Assembly (NCBI GenBank): GCA_040357565.1
Contig: JBDODJ010000039.1
Direction: 5' to 3' (one strand)
DNA: 64,000 nucleotides
DNA from: Cercozoa sp. M6MM
Taxonomy: Eukaryota > Protista > Endomyxa: Ascetosporea
The notes under the pieces are model-generated. The model was not told the origin of the DNA. It saw nothing but the letters and a program-made list of their open reading frames with translations, and did not search any database. Every line of letters begins with the position of its first letter. The first letter of the stretch is position 1. The position numbers and the translations under genes were made by a program. Positions 50,587-64,000 of this stretch are shown here, in pieces.

Positions 50587-53500
50587 ATGAAGTCGGAAGT
50601 CAGTCGTGCGTCGCCCATCAAGGCTTGATGACTACTTGCTCTTATCCTCGTGCCATCAGGTGGCGAACGTGTCAGAAGAAAGAAACGCACGAAAGATCAT
50701 CAGGGGAAGTAACGAGGGGAACGTCAATCATCTTCGAGCTTTGCTTTTGGTTTGCCTCCAGACGAGCAGCTTCCCGTTGGGCAGCATACTTTCACTCACG
50801 CACAGACATCGCTTTCTTTGTCCCTGCGTGAACTAAGCTTGCGAGTCGGGGGCGCGAATTTGCATGCGCTGCTCTGATCAATCTTAGGCGGGAAAAAAAC
50901 TGATTTTAGGAAAAGGAACACGATGACTGGTGCGTCTGCTCGTTTGGACTTGTGTTTCTTGAACCAGCTTTTCTTTCGCGTAGGTCACGGAGGCGTGCAT
51001 GTCTCCGAAATCAAGGAGCACAAGTTCGCGTCCTTCGTGGTATCCCTTAGACACATACAGTACATTCTCTGAGTTCGTCACCAACTTCTTTGTGGGCACA
51101 CGTTGGTAGGCGCGAAGGCCGTGCACCGTGATAGGCATTGTTCTTGCCGTCATAATCGCTCTTGGCGGCATCATCGGTGGTGCTGGTTTGGTACTCGCCC
51201 TCTCCTATCTAAGCTTTCAGTGTGTTAAATCGCTGACCCGAGTAGTTCGAGTTCGCTGACTCGACGGACATGATCTTCTGGCTCGACATCAACAGTGGTA
51301 CCTTTTTCCAACCCGCTCCTGAAACCAGTTTTCTCTCTAAAATTAAAATTTTTGCATTGCCAAATGATAGTTTGGACGCAGCGACAGCTCTCGGTCGAGT
51401 ACGCGCAAACAGAGGCGTCGGCGACGGCGTCCAAGGAGCGATCGAACCTGCGTGTGCAGCCCGAAAGTCGCTGGGACCTCCTGTTCATGTACCGCGACAC
51501 CGAATACGACGCCGCCAACCCGTCCAAGTCGACGCTTCTGTAGGCTTTCCCCATCTGCCTTGCTTCTGTTATACCTCACCCTTTTGTAGCACACCGGAGA
51601 AACTCAAGGTCATTCTTGACTTTGAGAAAAAGGTACAACGCCCTCACTACTCTAAATGACCGAGAGTACTACTTTCCTTCGTCTGTGTAGACCAACGCCG
51701 CCTCTGAGATGCAGACTTTCTGCTTTGCCGGTGCCTTGTCTCCCTTGTTTTCTTTACTTCCTGTGGTCTTGGATCACTTTCTTTTGTACCTGGCAGGAAA
51801 CCACACGGACGGCACGTGCGCCAAGGCGGAGGAACTCTGTGACACGACGAGTTTCGCTTCGTGTCTCGACAGTGTGCATTACCTGTCCTTTGTCGACTAC
51901 CTGGATCGACATGGTATGCTCAACGACCAAGGTACGTCTCCACCTTTTGTTTCCGCTGTCACTTTAATGCTTTACCCTTGTCATGTAGCTGCAATTGACA
52001 ACTTCGTCGCTAACAACAAGGAAGAAGTTGCACTCTTCATGGATAACCACTGGGTAGTCATTCCCCTCGTACCTCACTCCTTGTGTTACCTCTACCTCCC
52101 TTGTTTGTTAGGCCGACAACGCGCCTCGCTCGGGCTACCTGCGCTCGTTTTTCAAGTTCGGCGGGCCCATTAGCTCAGATTACAAGTCGATCGACGACGA
52201 TTTTGACGCGCAGAGCGATGAGTTCATCGAGTGGATGAAAGACTTCATGGTTGACGTCAAGAATGACATCTACCAGAGCACTGACGGCATGGAGATCATC
52301 GTGTTCGGCATGGATGCCAACACTGGTACACTAGTCTTTATTATCCTTGTAACTGCAGCTGTACTGAACACCTACCCCCCCCCCCCGCCCCCCGCTCTCC
52401 CAGCTCTGTCGGGCATTGTCGGTCAACAGCAGTTCATGTGGGCCTTTGGATCGATGGCGTTTGTGCTGTGCTACATCTGGTTCCACACGGGCAGTCTCAT
52501 GCTGGCCGCATGCGGCATGGGAGAGGTCGTTTTGGCGCTGCCATTGGCCTTCTTCTTCTTCCGATGCATCCTGTTGGTGACGTACTTTGAGACACTCCAC
52601 ATGCTGAGCATGTTCGTCGTGCTTGGGTAGATGCCACTGTTTTTTTACCTTGCACGATGCCTGCTTGAGGCCCTCGTTTGTGTAGTATCTCAGCCGACAA
52701 CTTCTTTTTGATTACGGACATGTGGCGCCAGTCGGCACGAATCGAGGCCTTCCTAGACACGGAGTTTGTCACCGACTCGGAACGGGCCAACCAGAGTGAC
52801 GAGAAGATGCACCGACTCGCTATGGTACACTCTCTGAGTAACACTTTCTGTGGCCGAACATCACCCCTCTCCCAACAGCGAACGTCGTTCGTGTGGCGTC
52901 GAAGTGTGCGAGCCATTGCGGCCACAACGATGACGACGGTGATGGCTTTCATTGCCACGGGCACATCTGAGATCACGCCGATTTCATCGCTTGGTATCTC
53001 AGTCTGCTTGCCTTTACTCCCCGAGTATTTACCCCTGCCCCCCCCCACGACCTGTGTAGGCTTCTTTGCGTCAATGTTCATCTTCGCGAACTTTTTGCTG
53101 TGCATGACGTTCTTCTTTGGCGTGCTGCTGTTCTGGCACAAACACCTTCGTCGCTGGCGCTTCCTGGTGTTTGCGCTGCGCGAGCAGAGTCCCGACACGC
53201 TCGCTGCTGGCGAGAAACCGATTCCTGTCGTCGGTCAGGAGGGCAAGGTAGCATCATTTCCGCTCCTGTATGTTACCGCCTGTGTTATCTCCTGTGTGAA
53301 GACACCGAGTTCGACAACGTCAGGATCCATGAGTGACGAGGAGAGTCCGAACGATCGTGAGGCAGGCGGTGCCGTTGAAGGTGGCCGGCCGATCGAGAAG
53401 TTCTTCCGCGGACCCTTTTTTGAGTTCGTATACAAGTGCCGCTACGGTCTCATTGTCGTCTTCCTGGCCTGGTTTGTCGCGAGCATTGTGCTGACTACCG

Positions 53501-55472
53501 GTACTTCTTGCCTTAGCCCTTTACCTCTGAGCCTTAGCTCTTTACCCCTGACCATTTACCCAGGAATCAAGGAAGTGACCGAGCAGGAGCAGTTCTACCC
53601 GGTACGGCTTGTTTCTCTTGTATGCTGTACCAGCTGTATTGACTTTAAATGCAATTTGACTGGACAGGATGACCACTTCCTGACCAAGATGACGCACTGG
53701 CCGCGCGAACACTTTGGTCTTGGTGCCAATGCCGGCTTTATGGTGGTCCAGTTCGTGTACGGTCTCGACGAGGAGGTCGAGCGCAGCGGCATCTCGCGCT
53801 GGTAGGCGACTGAAACTATTGCGCACAGCGCTGTCATCCTGTTGCACCCGTATGTGAACAGGAAGCCACAGGAGGACGGCACGCCAAAGTTCCTGAAGAC
53901 CTTCAATCCCAAGACTCCGGCGGCCCAGGCGTTCATGATCCAGAGTTGCGACATGATTGCCAACAACGAGCTGATTCAGGTAGCCACAACTTAATCTCTC
54001 GTGTGCCTAACATATCGACAAACTGGGTCTGCGTACAGAACGACCGCGTGCAGTGCTGGCCCAAGGTGTTCCGAGACTTTGTGAACAGTGCGGCCAGTGG
54101 CAGCTACGCCGGCACGTCGTTCGGCTCGCTCAGTGCCTCGCAGTTCAACGAGGCGATGCGCGACTTTGTCAACACGCCGGACGGACGCAAGGAGGTGGAC
54201 GCCGGGCGACTCGGCGTGTACCCCGATGATACGGAGAATGTGCTGCACTGGTACTTTATCGAGAGCGCCATGACGGCGGTTGAAAACATGCCAAAACCGG
54301 AGGCGATCAAGACTCGCGGTCAACTTGAGGACTGGATGACCGAGACCCTCAATCCGGCGGCTCCACCCGAAATGCGCGGTGTCTTCCAGGTCGTGCCGAT
54401 GTGGTGGCCCTTCATCGTCACACAGGAGTAGGCTGAGTTTACTCCTCTCACCCCTTCCTTCCCTTTGAATTCCTTTGCTGTCTGTGTTCAGTGCGTTCGT
54501 GCGCAACGCTATCAGTGGCATGCTTATCTCGGGTGCCTTCTCGTTGGTGGTGATCTTGACGGCCACGGGCAACCTAGTGGCCGGCTTTTTGGCCTTTGGC
54601 ACCATCGCCGCCGTTGTTGTGTCGGTGCTGGGCTTCATCCGGGTATCATTTTACCTTTCTTTACCCCCCTCTTCCCATCTCCCCCGCTTGACTTCCCTCC
54701 CTGCTTTTCTGCTCGGTAGATTTTTGGCTGGCCGCTGGGCACGACGGAGAGTGTCGCAGTCGTCGTTGTGATCGTAGCCTTTCAGTTTCCGTTTAACTTT
54801 GCTTTGGATGTACGAAAGCCTTGTTTACCGCCCTTTCTGTTCCTCGTGCTTTGACAGGGCTTTAGTGTCGACTACACGGTGCACCTGGCGTCGGCCTACG
54901 AGGAGAGTTCGAACCCGTCGCGAATCGGGCGCACGCGCGATGCTTTGTCGCACATGGCGATCTCGCTCGTGGCAGGTACTGTTCCCGTCCATTCATACGG
55001 TCCTTGTCCTGGTCCATTTTTACCTGATTCTTTTTGTTTAAAGGCTGCATCACAACGGCGGGCTCGGCCCTTTTCTTGATGTTTGCCGAGATGGTGTTTT
55101 TCTTCCGATTCGGTGTGCTCATGATGTTGACGGTCTTCCTGTCTATGTACTCTCCCCCCATGTCGCCCCTGCCCTTGTTCTGGATACAACTTGTGTACGA
55201 GCAGTCTGTGGTGCCTGCTGTTCTTTGTGCCGATGCTGGCGTGCTTCGGACCCGAAGGAGAGAACTGGCAGATCCGCAACATGTTCCTGTACTCGCCCTT
55301 CCCGCAGATTCTTGGCGAGAAGAGGTCACAGGTAACACACACACTCTCTCTCACATACGTACTGGCATGCACATCTAACATTCGATTCATTGTCTGAGTT
55401 ACTGTATTTGCAATCATGTGGCAGAAATTGGCCGGAAAAGGTGAGTCCGACGTCGCAATTGAGCTCGATTGA
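50587..55472 (+). CDS. Dispatched/Patched-family sterol-sensing-domain RND membrane protein; start approximate
   Basis: SSD FVVLGISADNFFLITDMWRQS, TTMTTVMAF..SEITPISSLGFFA; second repeat GFSVDYTVHLASAY, GCITTAGSALFL, FFRFG. Confidence 0.88.
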
Positions 55473-55580
55473 TTTATAGTTCTTCCCGTCGTCTCTGGTT
55501 GAAGTTACCGTACTGAATTAAAATTAAAGTCGATTCGCGCAGATGTGGTGCGGCAAATAAGTAAAGCTTGAAATAGAAAG

Positions 55581-56719
55581 TCAAATATCGAGGTCGGCAT
55601 CAGCGACGAGAGCGTCGTCGTTGTCGCTGACGTCACCAGCGGCGTCGTCGAAACCGAGTGCTTCGAACTCGTCCTCCGAGTCCTCTTGCTCGCCTGCAAT
55701 GGCAGAATAAACACTAAACGATAGGGGCGGGGTGAAGGGCTCATACCAAGTGCGCCCCCGCGTCGCTGGAAGGCGAGGGTGACGGCATTTTTGGCGGCGC
55801 GTTCGGCATCGGTGAGTGACATGGCAAAACTCGCATTTGGCAGTGTCTGATCGGTTTCCTGTCTCACCTGCTTGTGCACAAACACACGCAAAGGCTCGAA
55901 CTGCAGCGACTCCTGCTGCCGCACGACGCGTCCGTTCGTGCGTCGCTGTACGCAGTGCAGGCCCAGCGCTTCTCCTACAAGGGCGGGTAGGGAGTGCTAA
56001 AAGAGGGTGGGGGTAAAACCTTCGTCAGCCACGTTGAGCACGAAATCGAACGAATCCAGACGCCGCAAATCTCGCGCCGTGTTGGCCAGAGCGCACACGG
56101 AACTGAAGTCTTCCAGATGGTGCGCCTGCTGTCTCGACACTAGTCGTTCCAACGCGTCCACCAGCAACACGTCTACCGTGCGGGGGGGGGGGGGGAAAAA
56201 GGGTAATAGCTAAGGGATAAGGGATAAAGGAGATAAAGAGTACCGAATTCGATGTCGTTGAGTGTGTCGAACAGGGTGTCAGGTGAGCAGACTGTAACGT
56301 TGGGATACGCGCGGAAGGCAAGTGTCTCTCCGCGCGGATGTGACAAGGTGTCCACCACTTTCACACGGTCCTGCTTGACTCCTGCATGCAAGGTGGGGTG
56401 AAATGGGAGTGGGTGAGGGCGGGGGGTAAAACAAACCCATGTGCGCCCACATGTCGCCGTCGAAGCGCAGGGCGACAATGCACACCTTGCACTTCTTAGC
56501 AAACACTTTGCGCACCAAGTGCGAAAACACATCGACGCCGCTGCGACAGTTCTCGCGCGTTTTGGACTGTCGTTTCATCACGCGCGCCAATTCATCGTCC
56601 TTCTACGTCACCAACACTCCACCTACCCCGCATCACCGACCCAAGATACAACCCACCACCAACACACTTGCTTTGCCTGACGCGAGTCGCGCAGATGCCT
56701 TTTGAAACAGTGAAGCCAT
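55581..56719 (-). CDS. ELP5: Elongator complex subunit 5 (ELP5/Iki1)-like
   Basis: C-terminus SFAMSLTDAERAAKNAVTLAF...acidic...DADLDI* matches ELP5 (TFNL.L...E..A...LPF...DDDLDI); internal VVDTLSHPRG and VLLVDAL. Confidence 0.7.
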
Positions 56720-56872
56720 CTTTGTGCTAAACCTTGTGCCGAATGAAGCCCACACAATGTCTAATTTCACGGATCTGCGCGAGAATTTCGCTCATTTAGC
56801 ACTTAGGCGCAGAATTTTCAGAAGCGCTCGACTAGAGTCCAGCGTGCTGTGTGACGTGTGCAGACGTGTGTG

Positions 56873-58777
56873 ATGGATTCATGGAATTCACTAAGTGTGC
56901 CGGCAGCGCGCGCGGCTAATCGACACCTAGCTTGCGACTTGATTGGAGATGCCGCTGTGTTGCTCAAGGTGCCAAACGCTCCTGTTGCAGATTTGACGCT
57001 TAAAAGCCTGTGTTCCAGTTGCCACGACGCGTCGCGTTGACAGCGCAGACGTTGTTGTTCAAATTCACAGACGCAATCGTACCGAAAATTGAGTTGTCAA
57101 AGTGGGTTGATCTGATGTGTTTCTTGCAGGAAGCGTCGGGCAAAACGCAACCGCACGTGTTTTTTGTCGCCGCAGCGTGCATGTACTTGGCCACCAAGAG
57201 GTACATACGTGTGCATCGGAGTCACGGGGGGGGGGTAAATAGGGGGGTTAAACTCTAGTGAGGAGCGAGCGCGCCGTGTCACATCAATTTTCACGGTGTT
57301 TGACTACCTGCTGAAACGCATGCTGGCCGAGCAGGTACTGTCAGTGTCTAGTGCACAGTATCTAGTACACAGTGTCTAGTATACGGTGTCTAGTACACAT
57401 AGTGTCTAGCACATGAACAACCTTGTTGTGTGTGCAGGGCAAGATGAGTGTGTCGATGATGGAGCCATGTGACACCGAGTGCGCCGAGTACCGTCGCTGG
57501 TGCGCCGAGTTGGCCGCGCTGGAGCGTCGGATTCTCGCCTATGTACAGTCATGTTTTCCTGTATTTGTGGGCAAGCTTCCGCGCGGACTGGTGACCGGTG
57601 TGCAGTCGGGCTTTGTGGTGGAGTTCTCGCACTCGTGCGACCTGGTGCCGCACATGCTGCGCGTGCTGTCGCTGCGTTCGCAGTCACAGCTCTGTCAGAT
57701 GGCGTGGTAGGCTTTACCCCCCTTTACCCCCCTTTACTCCCCTTTACCCCCCTTTACTCCCCTTTACTTTTACCCGTTTACCTTGCGACTTCTCACGTTT
57801 TGNNNNNNNNNNNNNNNNNNNNNNNNNNNNNNNNNNNNNNNNNNNNNNNNNNNNNNNNNNNNNNNNNNNNNNNNNNNNNNNNNNNNNNNNNNNNNNNNNN
57901 NNCCCCCCCCCCCCCAATGCAGGCGATGACAAGCCCGAGTACTTTGCGGTGGCTGCGGTGGAACTGGCGGCACGTCGTCTCATGCTTGTAAGTTGCACAC
58001 TTAAGAACCCATTAGTGAACCCGATTAGTGTGGTACAACTGTACCCCTGTGTAGTGTACATGTGTATGACAACACTCTTAATTGTAGCCACTGCCGGCAC
58101 GGTGGCAGCAGTTGTTCGACGTGCCACCGGCGGCCTGCGAGAGTGCCATGGCCGCCTTGTGTCGCGTGCTGGCACTGCCGCGTGCTCCCGGCTTTTTGAC
58201 CATCGCTGGACGGCCTGGTAGATTCTTTTACCTCCTGTAGTCTCCTTATAGGTTCCCCGCTTACGTTCCCTGCCTGCAGAAGAGTCGCACAAGGGCATGT
58301 CGGAACATGAGACACTGACGCCGCTGCCGCCGGCTTTTGGCATCCACCGACTGCCGCCGACGCCGCAGCAGCGTCTCATGCGCCAGCAGCGCGAACAGCG
58401 ACGCCGGCAGCAACAAGTAAGTCAACTCCAAGCAAGTCAACTCCCCTCATGCCAACGAACGCATAATTCATCACTTTTTGGCCGCAGAAACCCACGGAGA
58501 AACCCACGGACAGTCCAGATGTCGAAATTCTCGAGGAAAAACGAGAAACTTCACCACAGCAGTCTGCTACCTCTGAAAAGGCACATTTGGCAACTGTGGG
58601 CTCTGTTTTTTTGACACCCAGTTGTTTTTATTCTCGCAGCCCACGTCCGATCATCGTGATCGTGATCGTCGTGACTCTGATCGTGACTCTGATCGTGGCC
58701 GCCGAGAACGTCGTCGCTATCGCAGTAATCGCTCACGCAGTCGCTCACGATCGCGCAGTCGTCACAGACGTCGCTGA
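56873..58777 (+). CDS. Cyclin L-like (transcriptional cyclin with RS-rich tail); spans a gap
   Basis: ACDLIGDAAVLLKLP..TAQTLL, VAAACMYLATKSEERARR, ERRILAY.GF, QMAW, PLP..WQQLF; C-terminal SRSRSRHRRR*. Confidence 0.85.
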
Positions 58778-59143
58778 ACAGATGTTACTTATGTTGGATG
58801 ATCCGGTCACACGAGAAAAGCGATCGTTTGATCGTTTCAGTATTGGGATCTAGTTACTCGCTTTAAACAGTCAGCGAGTTGTGTGTTGTCATTCGTGAAA
58901 GTTTTATTTGACGAGTACACTTGTCTAGCTCCACTTCGGACATAAATAGTGAAAAACGTGTTTGCCCAGAGCCAGAATTTTGCTCTTGGAGACAGATACG
59001 GCAGATACCGTGCGTACGCTGTCACAACGGGACTGGCACATTGCTGCGTACGTTTATGAGCCTTTTCTTTGAGGCATGGAGTTTGTGATTTTTGGGTTTT
59101 CTGTTGTTGCGTACAGGGGTCTCGGTCGTCCACCTCGTACGAC

Positions 59144-62100
59144 ATGGACAATGTGCAGTTCCTGCTGCAGGATAACGGCGGAGACGACGAAGAACAGGTC
59201 AACGACGATCAGGTATCCACCCGCCCCAAACACGCTAGTTTTTGATGTTTGCTCTTGTGCGGTTAAAAACAGGTGAAGGAACTTGTGGTTGTGGTGATAC
59301 CATCACTGATCACGACAGTGGTTGCCTTTGTGCTGTATTACATTCTGGTATCTCTGCTGAAACACAACTCTCAAATTAAACAAACTTTACTCCACAAATA
59401 TCTTTTTGACAGAAACGAAGAAAGTCGCTATGGCCAGTCTACTACTCGCGTTGGGTAGAATGTTTCGTTGCCGCTTTTATGTGGGCTCTACATTGTACAC
59501 TTTGCAGGAACTCTTCTTGCAACGCACGCAAGCTGAAGGTGTCTCAGTCAGCTCGTCTGATGAAAGCCGTCAAATTGAAGAAGCTCGCCCTGAGGTTATT
59601 GCTGTGTTTTGCCGTATTTTAATATTGCGAAGTGTTTGCAGGCTGCTGGAATCGATGAGGAAAGTGCACAAGTCTCACGCGAAGTGGAGCAAGTGTTTCC
59701 GCCCGTAACTGACGAATACGCTAGACCACCTTCAGTCATGCGCATGTTCCGTCTGGCTTTCTTCTCGTATGATCTCTTGCGTATTAAATTCTGATCTAAA
59801 AATGAGTTTTAGCTTTATGTTTGAGGGTCCTGTATCAGACTGGCGAAACTGGTGTACGGACCAGTCGTGTTGAGTCGACAGTACGTCCACTGGGTCTACC
59901 AGCAGCGCGAACTGAACGAAGATGACCCGGGCGACCAGACCGAGATCGAGCTGCAGGATGACCCGCGAATGGACTACAATTCCGAAAGACGTCGCCCCGA
60001 AATTGGTCGGCATGTTGGCCACATTACGTAGTGCAAGCTTTACTCTTTTATTGAACTGTCACGTCTTACCCTTATTTATTTTCTTGTGCCAACAGACAAA
60101 ACCGCTTCGTACAGCGCGTGCTACAAAAAGCGCGCGTCGAAGCCAATCGCGGCATTGCGTTTCCTTCGATTGGATTGGTATCATCTAGCGACCCTGTGAC
60201 CTGTGTAGCCACCTGTTCTCTTGTTTTGTAGGATGGTGCAGCTATGCTGCACTTTTTGAAATTTGCGCTAATCCTGTCGTTGGCGTTGCTCCTGATCAAC
60301 TTGATTGTTTTGCTGCCGACCTACGTGACTGGTAGTCGTTCTTTTACACTGCTTTACTTCTTGGCTGTCTTACCCTTAGTCCCTTTTCCGTTTCCCACTT
60401 GCCTTGTTTCCTTTACCATCCCTCAGACGGAGAAGACGAGACAGGCGACTTGGACAAACTCTCGATACTGCATGTTGTTGACGACAATGGACGGTGCTCT
60501 TTTCCATTTGTTTCTGCTTCGTGTGTCGTCAAATAAACGATACGTTTTTGCAGCTGGTGGGCTTTCGCTCTCGCTGCACTGGTCGTCGTTGTGCTCGTAT
60601 TATCTCCCTTGCAGTCTACCGAGATAGCTCTGCATGGTTGTGCTTCCAGGGATGTATCGGACTGCGGAGTTTCTGGAAGGGCTACTTGCAACTACAGGAG
60701 GTGTGGATGGCACGCAAGCTGCAAGGTCGCGATGGTCCGGTCACGGGACAGGACTACGAGGCGCTCTTGTCGACTGTACCTTTCTGTGTGTGTACCTCGA
60801 TTCTGCTTGTCTGTTTGCACACCTGTATTGACAGCGAGTCGCTCTGATTCGCGGAATTCCGTCGCATTTGCGTTCTGAGGACGCTTTGCGTTCCTTCCTT
60901 TACGAGGTACTTTTTTTAGAAGGTCTTGAGCATAACACTTTGCAAGTGCGTGTAGTGCGTCCCATGGGCGGCGGAACAGAATCGTGTGGAACACATCGTC
61001 TTACTGCACAGTCACAATGACATTCAGTACTGACAGTCTTTGCTTTACTCCTTTCCCTTTGTTTTAACATACATACATACATATATATGTATATATATAA
61101 AGAGATATATACATGAGAGTAATTTTCAGAGACAAGGTCGAAACCGTGCAAAAGTCGAGCGAAAGCGTGCTGAAAAAAGTGCAGAAACATAATCAAAAAA
61201 GCGACAAGAAACTGCGCAAAGGTTTGTGATGCTGGAGTTCTTACTGGTGTTGTCTGATGTGAAAATTTGTACAGGCAAGTGCACGGAAGGAGAGCTGCGC
61301 GAGGAAAATAATGAGTTCCAAGCGACTGAGGTACAGCACGGTTTTGTTGTTTGCTTTGCCTTCTTTTCAAAGTGGGTCTGTTCCTTCCAGGTGCGTCCTC
61401 TGCTCGCCGAACTGTCAGCTCAAGTCGACGAATTGCGTAATTTCTGCCTTTCGTGTGTCTCAATGTCGGTGTGAGTCTTTTGGTTTTTGGTTGGTGATTG
61501 CTGCAGGAGCTGCTGTGGAAAACGAGCGAGAAACGCCGGATTCCAACACGGCTGCCGTGATCTGTTCTGACATGGCCACAGCGACGGCACTTGGACACGC
61601 TTGGTTGACTCGTGACACTGTAGCCTGCCTTTCTTCTTTTGAAAATCTTTCATCTACCGTGCTTATTTAGAGAATGCTGCGAATGCATGCCAACGTAGCC
61701 GCGCGTACCTCAAAAATACATAAAATCAACTTTCCCGACTGTATTTCGGGTGTGCAGGCGACGTGGACTGGCAGCAGGTCGACGTGGCTCCAGCAGAAAA
61801 CGACCGTCAACGACGCAGTTCAACTGTACTCTGAAACCATTTGACTAACTTCATTTTTATTTGTGGTGCTTGCGTTGTACAGATCTTGTTTGCGCTCGTT
61901 GTGATCCTGTGGACCTTTCCGGTACAAAAAGAGTTCATTGGAATTAGATATAGTTTGACTCAAGTTTGGTTTGTAAGGTGGCCTTCGTTCTGTCCATCTC
62001 GCGATTGGACAAGCTGACGGACACGATCGGTTTTTTGGATTTCGTGAATGACCTTCCGTCGGGCGTCCGCGCGGCCATTCAATGTACCGCAGCTGATTGA

Positions 62101-62272
62101 ATGTTTGTTTGTTCTTGTATTTGTCTGTGTATGTTCTCGCGCAGCACTGCTGCCGGCGATCGGTCTGGCGGTGTTGTTCTTCATTTTGAAGTCGGTGGTA
62201 CTGATGCGACTGGCACGTCGTGTGAGTGCCACTCGGCACCGGCAGTACATGTGGGCAGCCTCGGCTTACACC
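59144..62272 (+). CDS. OSCA/CSC1/TMEM63-like mechanosensitive channel, N-terminal part (interrupted by a gap)
   Basis: DGAAMLHFLKF..LLPTYVT..GDLDKLSILHV; TVALIRGIPSHLRSEDALRSFL; TAAVIC; VAPAEND; VVILWTFP; LLPAIGL. Confidence 0.72.
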
Positions 62273-62441
62273 GTACCGCATGGCACACACACACACGCAC
62301 ACACACACACGCACGCACACACACGCACACACACACACACANNNNNNNNNNNNNNNNNNNNNNNNNNNNNNNNNNNNNNNNNNNNNNNNNNNNNNNNNNN
62401 NNNNNNNNNNNNNNNNNNNNNNNNNNNNNNNNNNNNNNNNN

Positions 62442-62482
<41 letters not shown>

Positions 62483-62501
62483 TCAATCCTTGTTCTCTGT
62501 A

Positions 62502-64000
62502 GTCGCAAGTTTCGTCAAGTCGCTTTGCTTTTCTTGCACTCATTGAAACCTTGCAACTGGCGGGTTTCCTTTGTTACTCTGGCTTTGGGTGGAACAAAAG
62601 CGAGCGCGACATTGCAAAGATTATTCAATACAGCTCAGTGACGACACCGTTCAACTCGGGACACGAATCATGGGTACTTTTCCTTCTTTAATTTAAGTAC
62701 CGTGCTTGCGAACTCGATGTTGTCCTCGTAAATTCTACAGCAAGTGAAGATGCGACAAGGCTTCTTCGTTTCGGCGATGCTGATCACGTGTGGCCTCCTT
62801 GCTCTCACCTTCGCTGTTACCAGAGCGTGGTACACGCAGAACTTCCGTCAGGTAAAACGCTCTGACAAAGACTGTCCCAATAACTTTTTCCTCTCGAGCT
62901 CGCTTTTGTTTCTCGATTCCCCAGTTATGGCTTGCTCGGATGTTACGCTCCGTTGCCTCTGTCGTGATTACCATTGGCTACATTCCGTTACTTGCGACGC
63001 TTCTGTTCGGTACGAAATGTGCCGACATCGGTGTCGAAAACACTGCGTCCTGCGCCGTTCTCGCAACTGGGACGTCGCTCGTCGTGCTTGGCTTTGTCAC
63101 GGTCAGTATCGTGTTCACGTCAGCAGTCTACAACGGCGACATCACCGACGTTTCCGTAAGTCGTTTATTGTTACATTGCCTTTGCTCACGCCAGGTTTTC
63201 TCAAAACAACTGAACAGGCACGACTGCATTCGAAATGCGAAATCGTTCGAGTCATCGCCCGCACGGTTCTGGTTTTTGCCTTCACTTACGTGAAGACAAC
63301 GGAAGACGGCTACAAGCTCTTCCAGGACGAGGTCAATGTCGTCACGATCCCAAAGGCTGCTGATTGGCTCCTCTGCGTGCTCCTTATTGTGTGCTTCTCG
63401 AGCCCGCTCTTGAGTTACACTCGACACATGCCTTACCACGCCCAAACGAGCAATCGCTTTCGTATGATGCAATTCTCGGGTCTGACGGCTGCTGCAGGCA
63501 TCCTGCTGTTGAACCTCATTTGGATATCGACTTCTCCCACTTTCGAGGTCGACGGTGCAACTGTCGTCGTTCCCATGCGCGGAGCAATGCTGATGGCACT
63601 CGTATGTGCCGCTCTATGCGCTCTGCTGGGCCGCATGCTGCACGCTAGTCGACTCAAAACTGTCCGAAACGCAGTCAAATACACGATACATAGCGGAGAC
63701 ATTGAAGGCATCGCTGAGCGACAAACGCACACGTGGGACGCGTTGTTGCTCGCTCGCGATTTAATCTTGCTGCTTGAAGTGCTGCGAGATGGACGCGCCG
63801 AGACGAAACGAGTCGCCGGACTCGAAGAGACTTTGGAGGTAGCATTCGGCGCTTGTTGGCTTCCAAAACATATTGGAGTTCTATGATAATCTCGTAATTT
63901 GAAATATGTTTGCAGTGGATGCGCGCCACCAACGTGAGTGTGGAGGTCAGTTGCAGTCTTAAGCTCTCTGCGAGCGCTCTTTCAGAGAATTGTTGTATTT
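62502..64000 (+). CDS. TmcB/TmcC-like (tiny macrocysts) multipass protein, partial; continues beyond the window
   Basis: LIETLQLAGFL..FGW; IPLLATLLFGTKC..C; ARLHSKCEIVRVIARTVLVF; YTRHMPYHAQTSNRFR resemble the TmcB N-terminal TM region. Confidence 0.55.

Noticed and set aside
57340-57410. Short tandem repeat (gtgtctagtacaca-like) resembling a CRISPR array
   Set aside because: Intronic minisatellite with no unique spacers; eukaryotic context with no cas genes
59144-64000. Apparent OSCA-TmcB fusion gene
   Set aside because: The junction falls in an N-gap flanked by (CA)n on the left and (TG)n on the right, and the OSCA pore region is missing. Two genes bridged by a gap is simpler.

Overview
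Eukaryotic, gene-dense, intron-rich scaffold (short GT-AG introns, CA/TA microsatellites, four N-gaps). The host is probably a non-animal protist, inferred from the actin sequence, a TmcB-like gene and an AlkB gene. About 23 protein-coding genes or gene fragments can be read by splicing the ORF track: AlkB-type alkane monooxygenase, cyclin B, a QCR8-like subunit, a Rab5/22-like GTPase, actin, LSG1, a complete dual oxidase (DUOX), vasohibin, a cNMP-binding protein, the 3' part of Nipped-B/Scc2, a Nudix-like/Yvh1-zinc-finger fusion, a tandem pair of membrane proteins, a multipass membrane protein, a FAM166-like protein, CAF1, XPC/Rad4, PHYHD1, a Dispatched/Patched-like RND protein, ELP5, cyclin L, and OSCA-like and TmcB-like fragments. 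Mobile DNA: a 917-bp Mutator-like element (~127-bp TIRs, 9-bp TSD) with a second partial copy, a short dispersed hairpin+(AACT)n repeat (4 copies) and a probable decayed LINE fragment. Most notable: (1) an animal-type DUOX with eroded EF-hands in an apparent protist; (2) a dead Nudix-like domain replacing the phosphatase in front of a Yvh1/DUSP12 zinc domain; (3) an intron-containing AlkB; (4) the MULE nested in the hairpin repeat; (5) pervasive close head-to-head gene pairs, one possibly with overlapping start codons. All homology calls are by-eye motif recognition; no database searches were run, and gene boundaries are approximate where stated.
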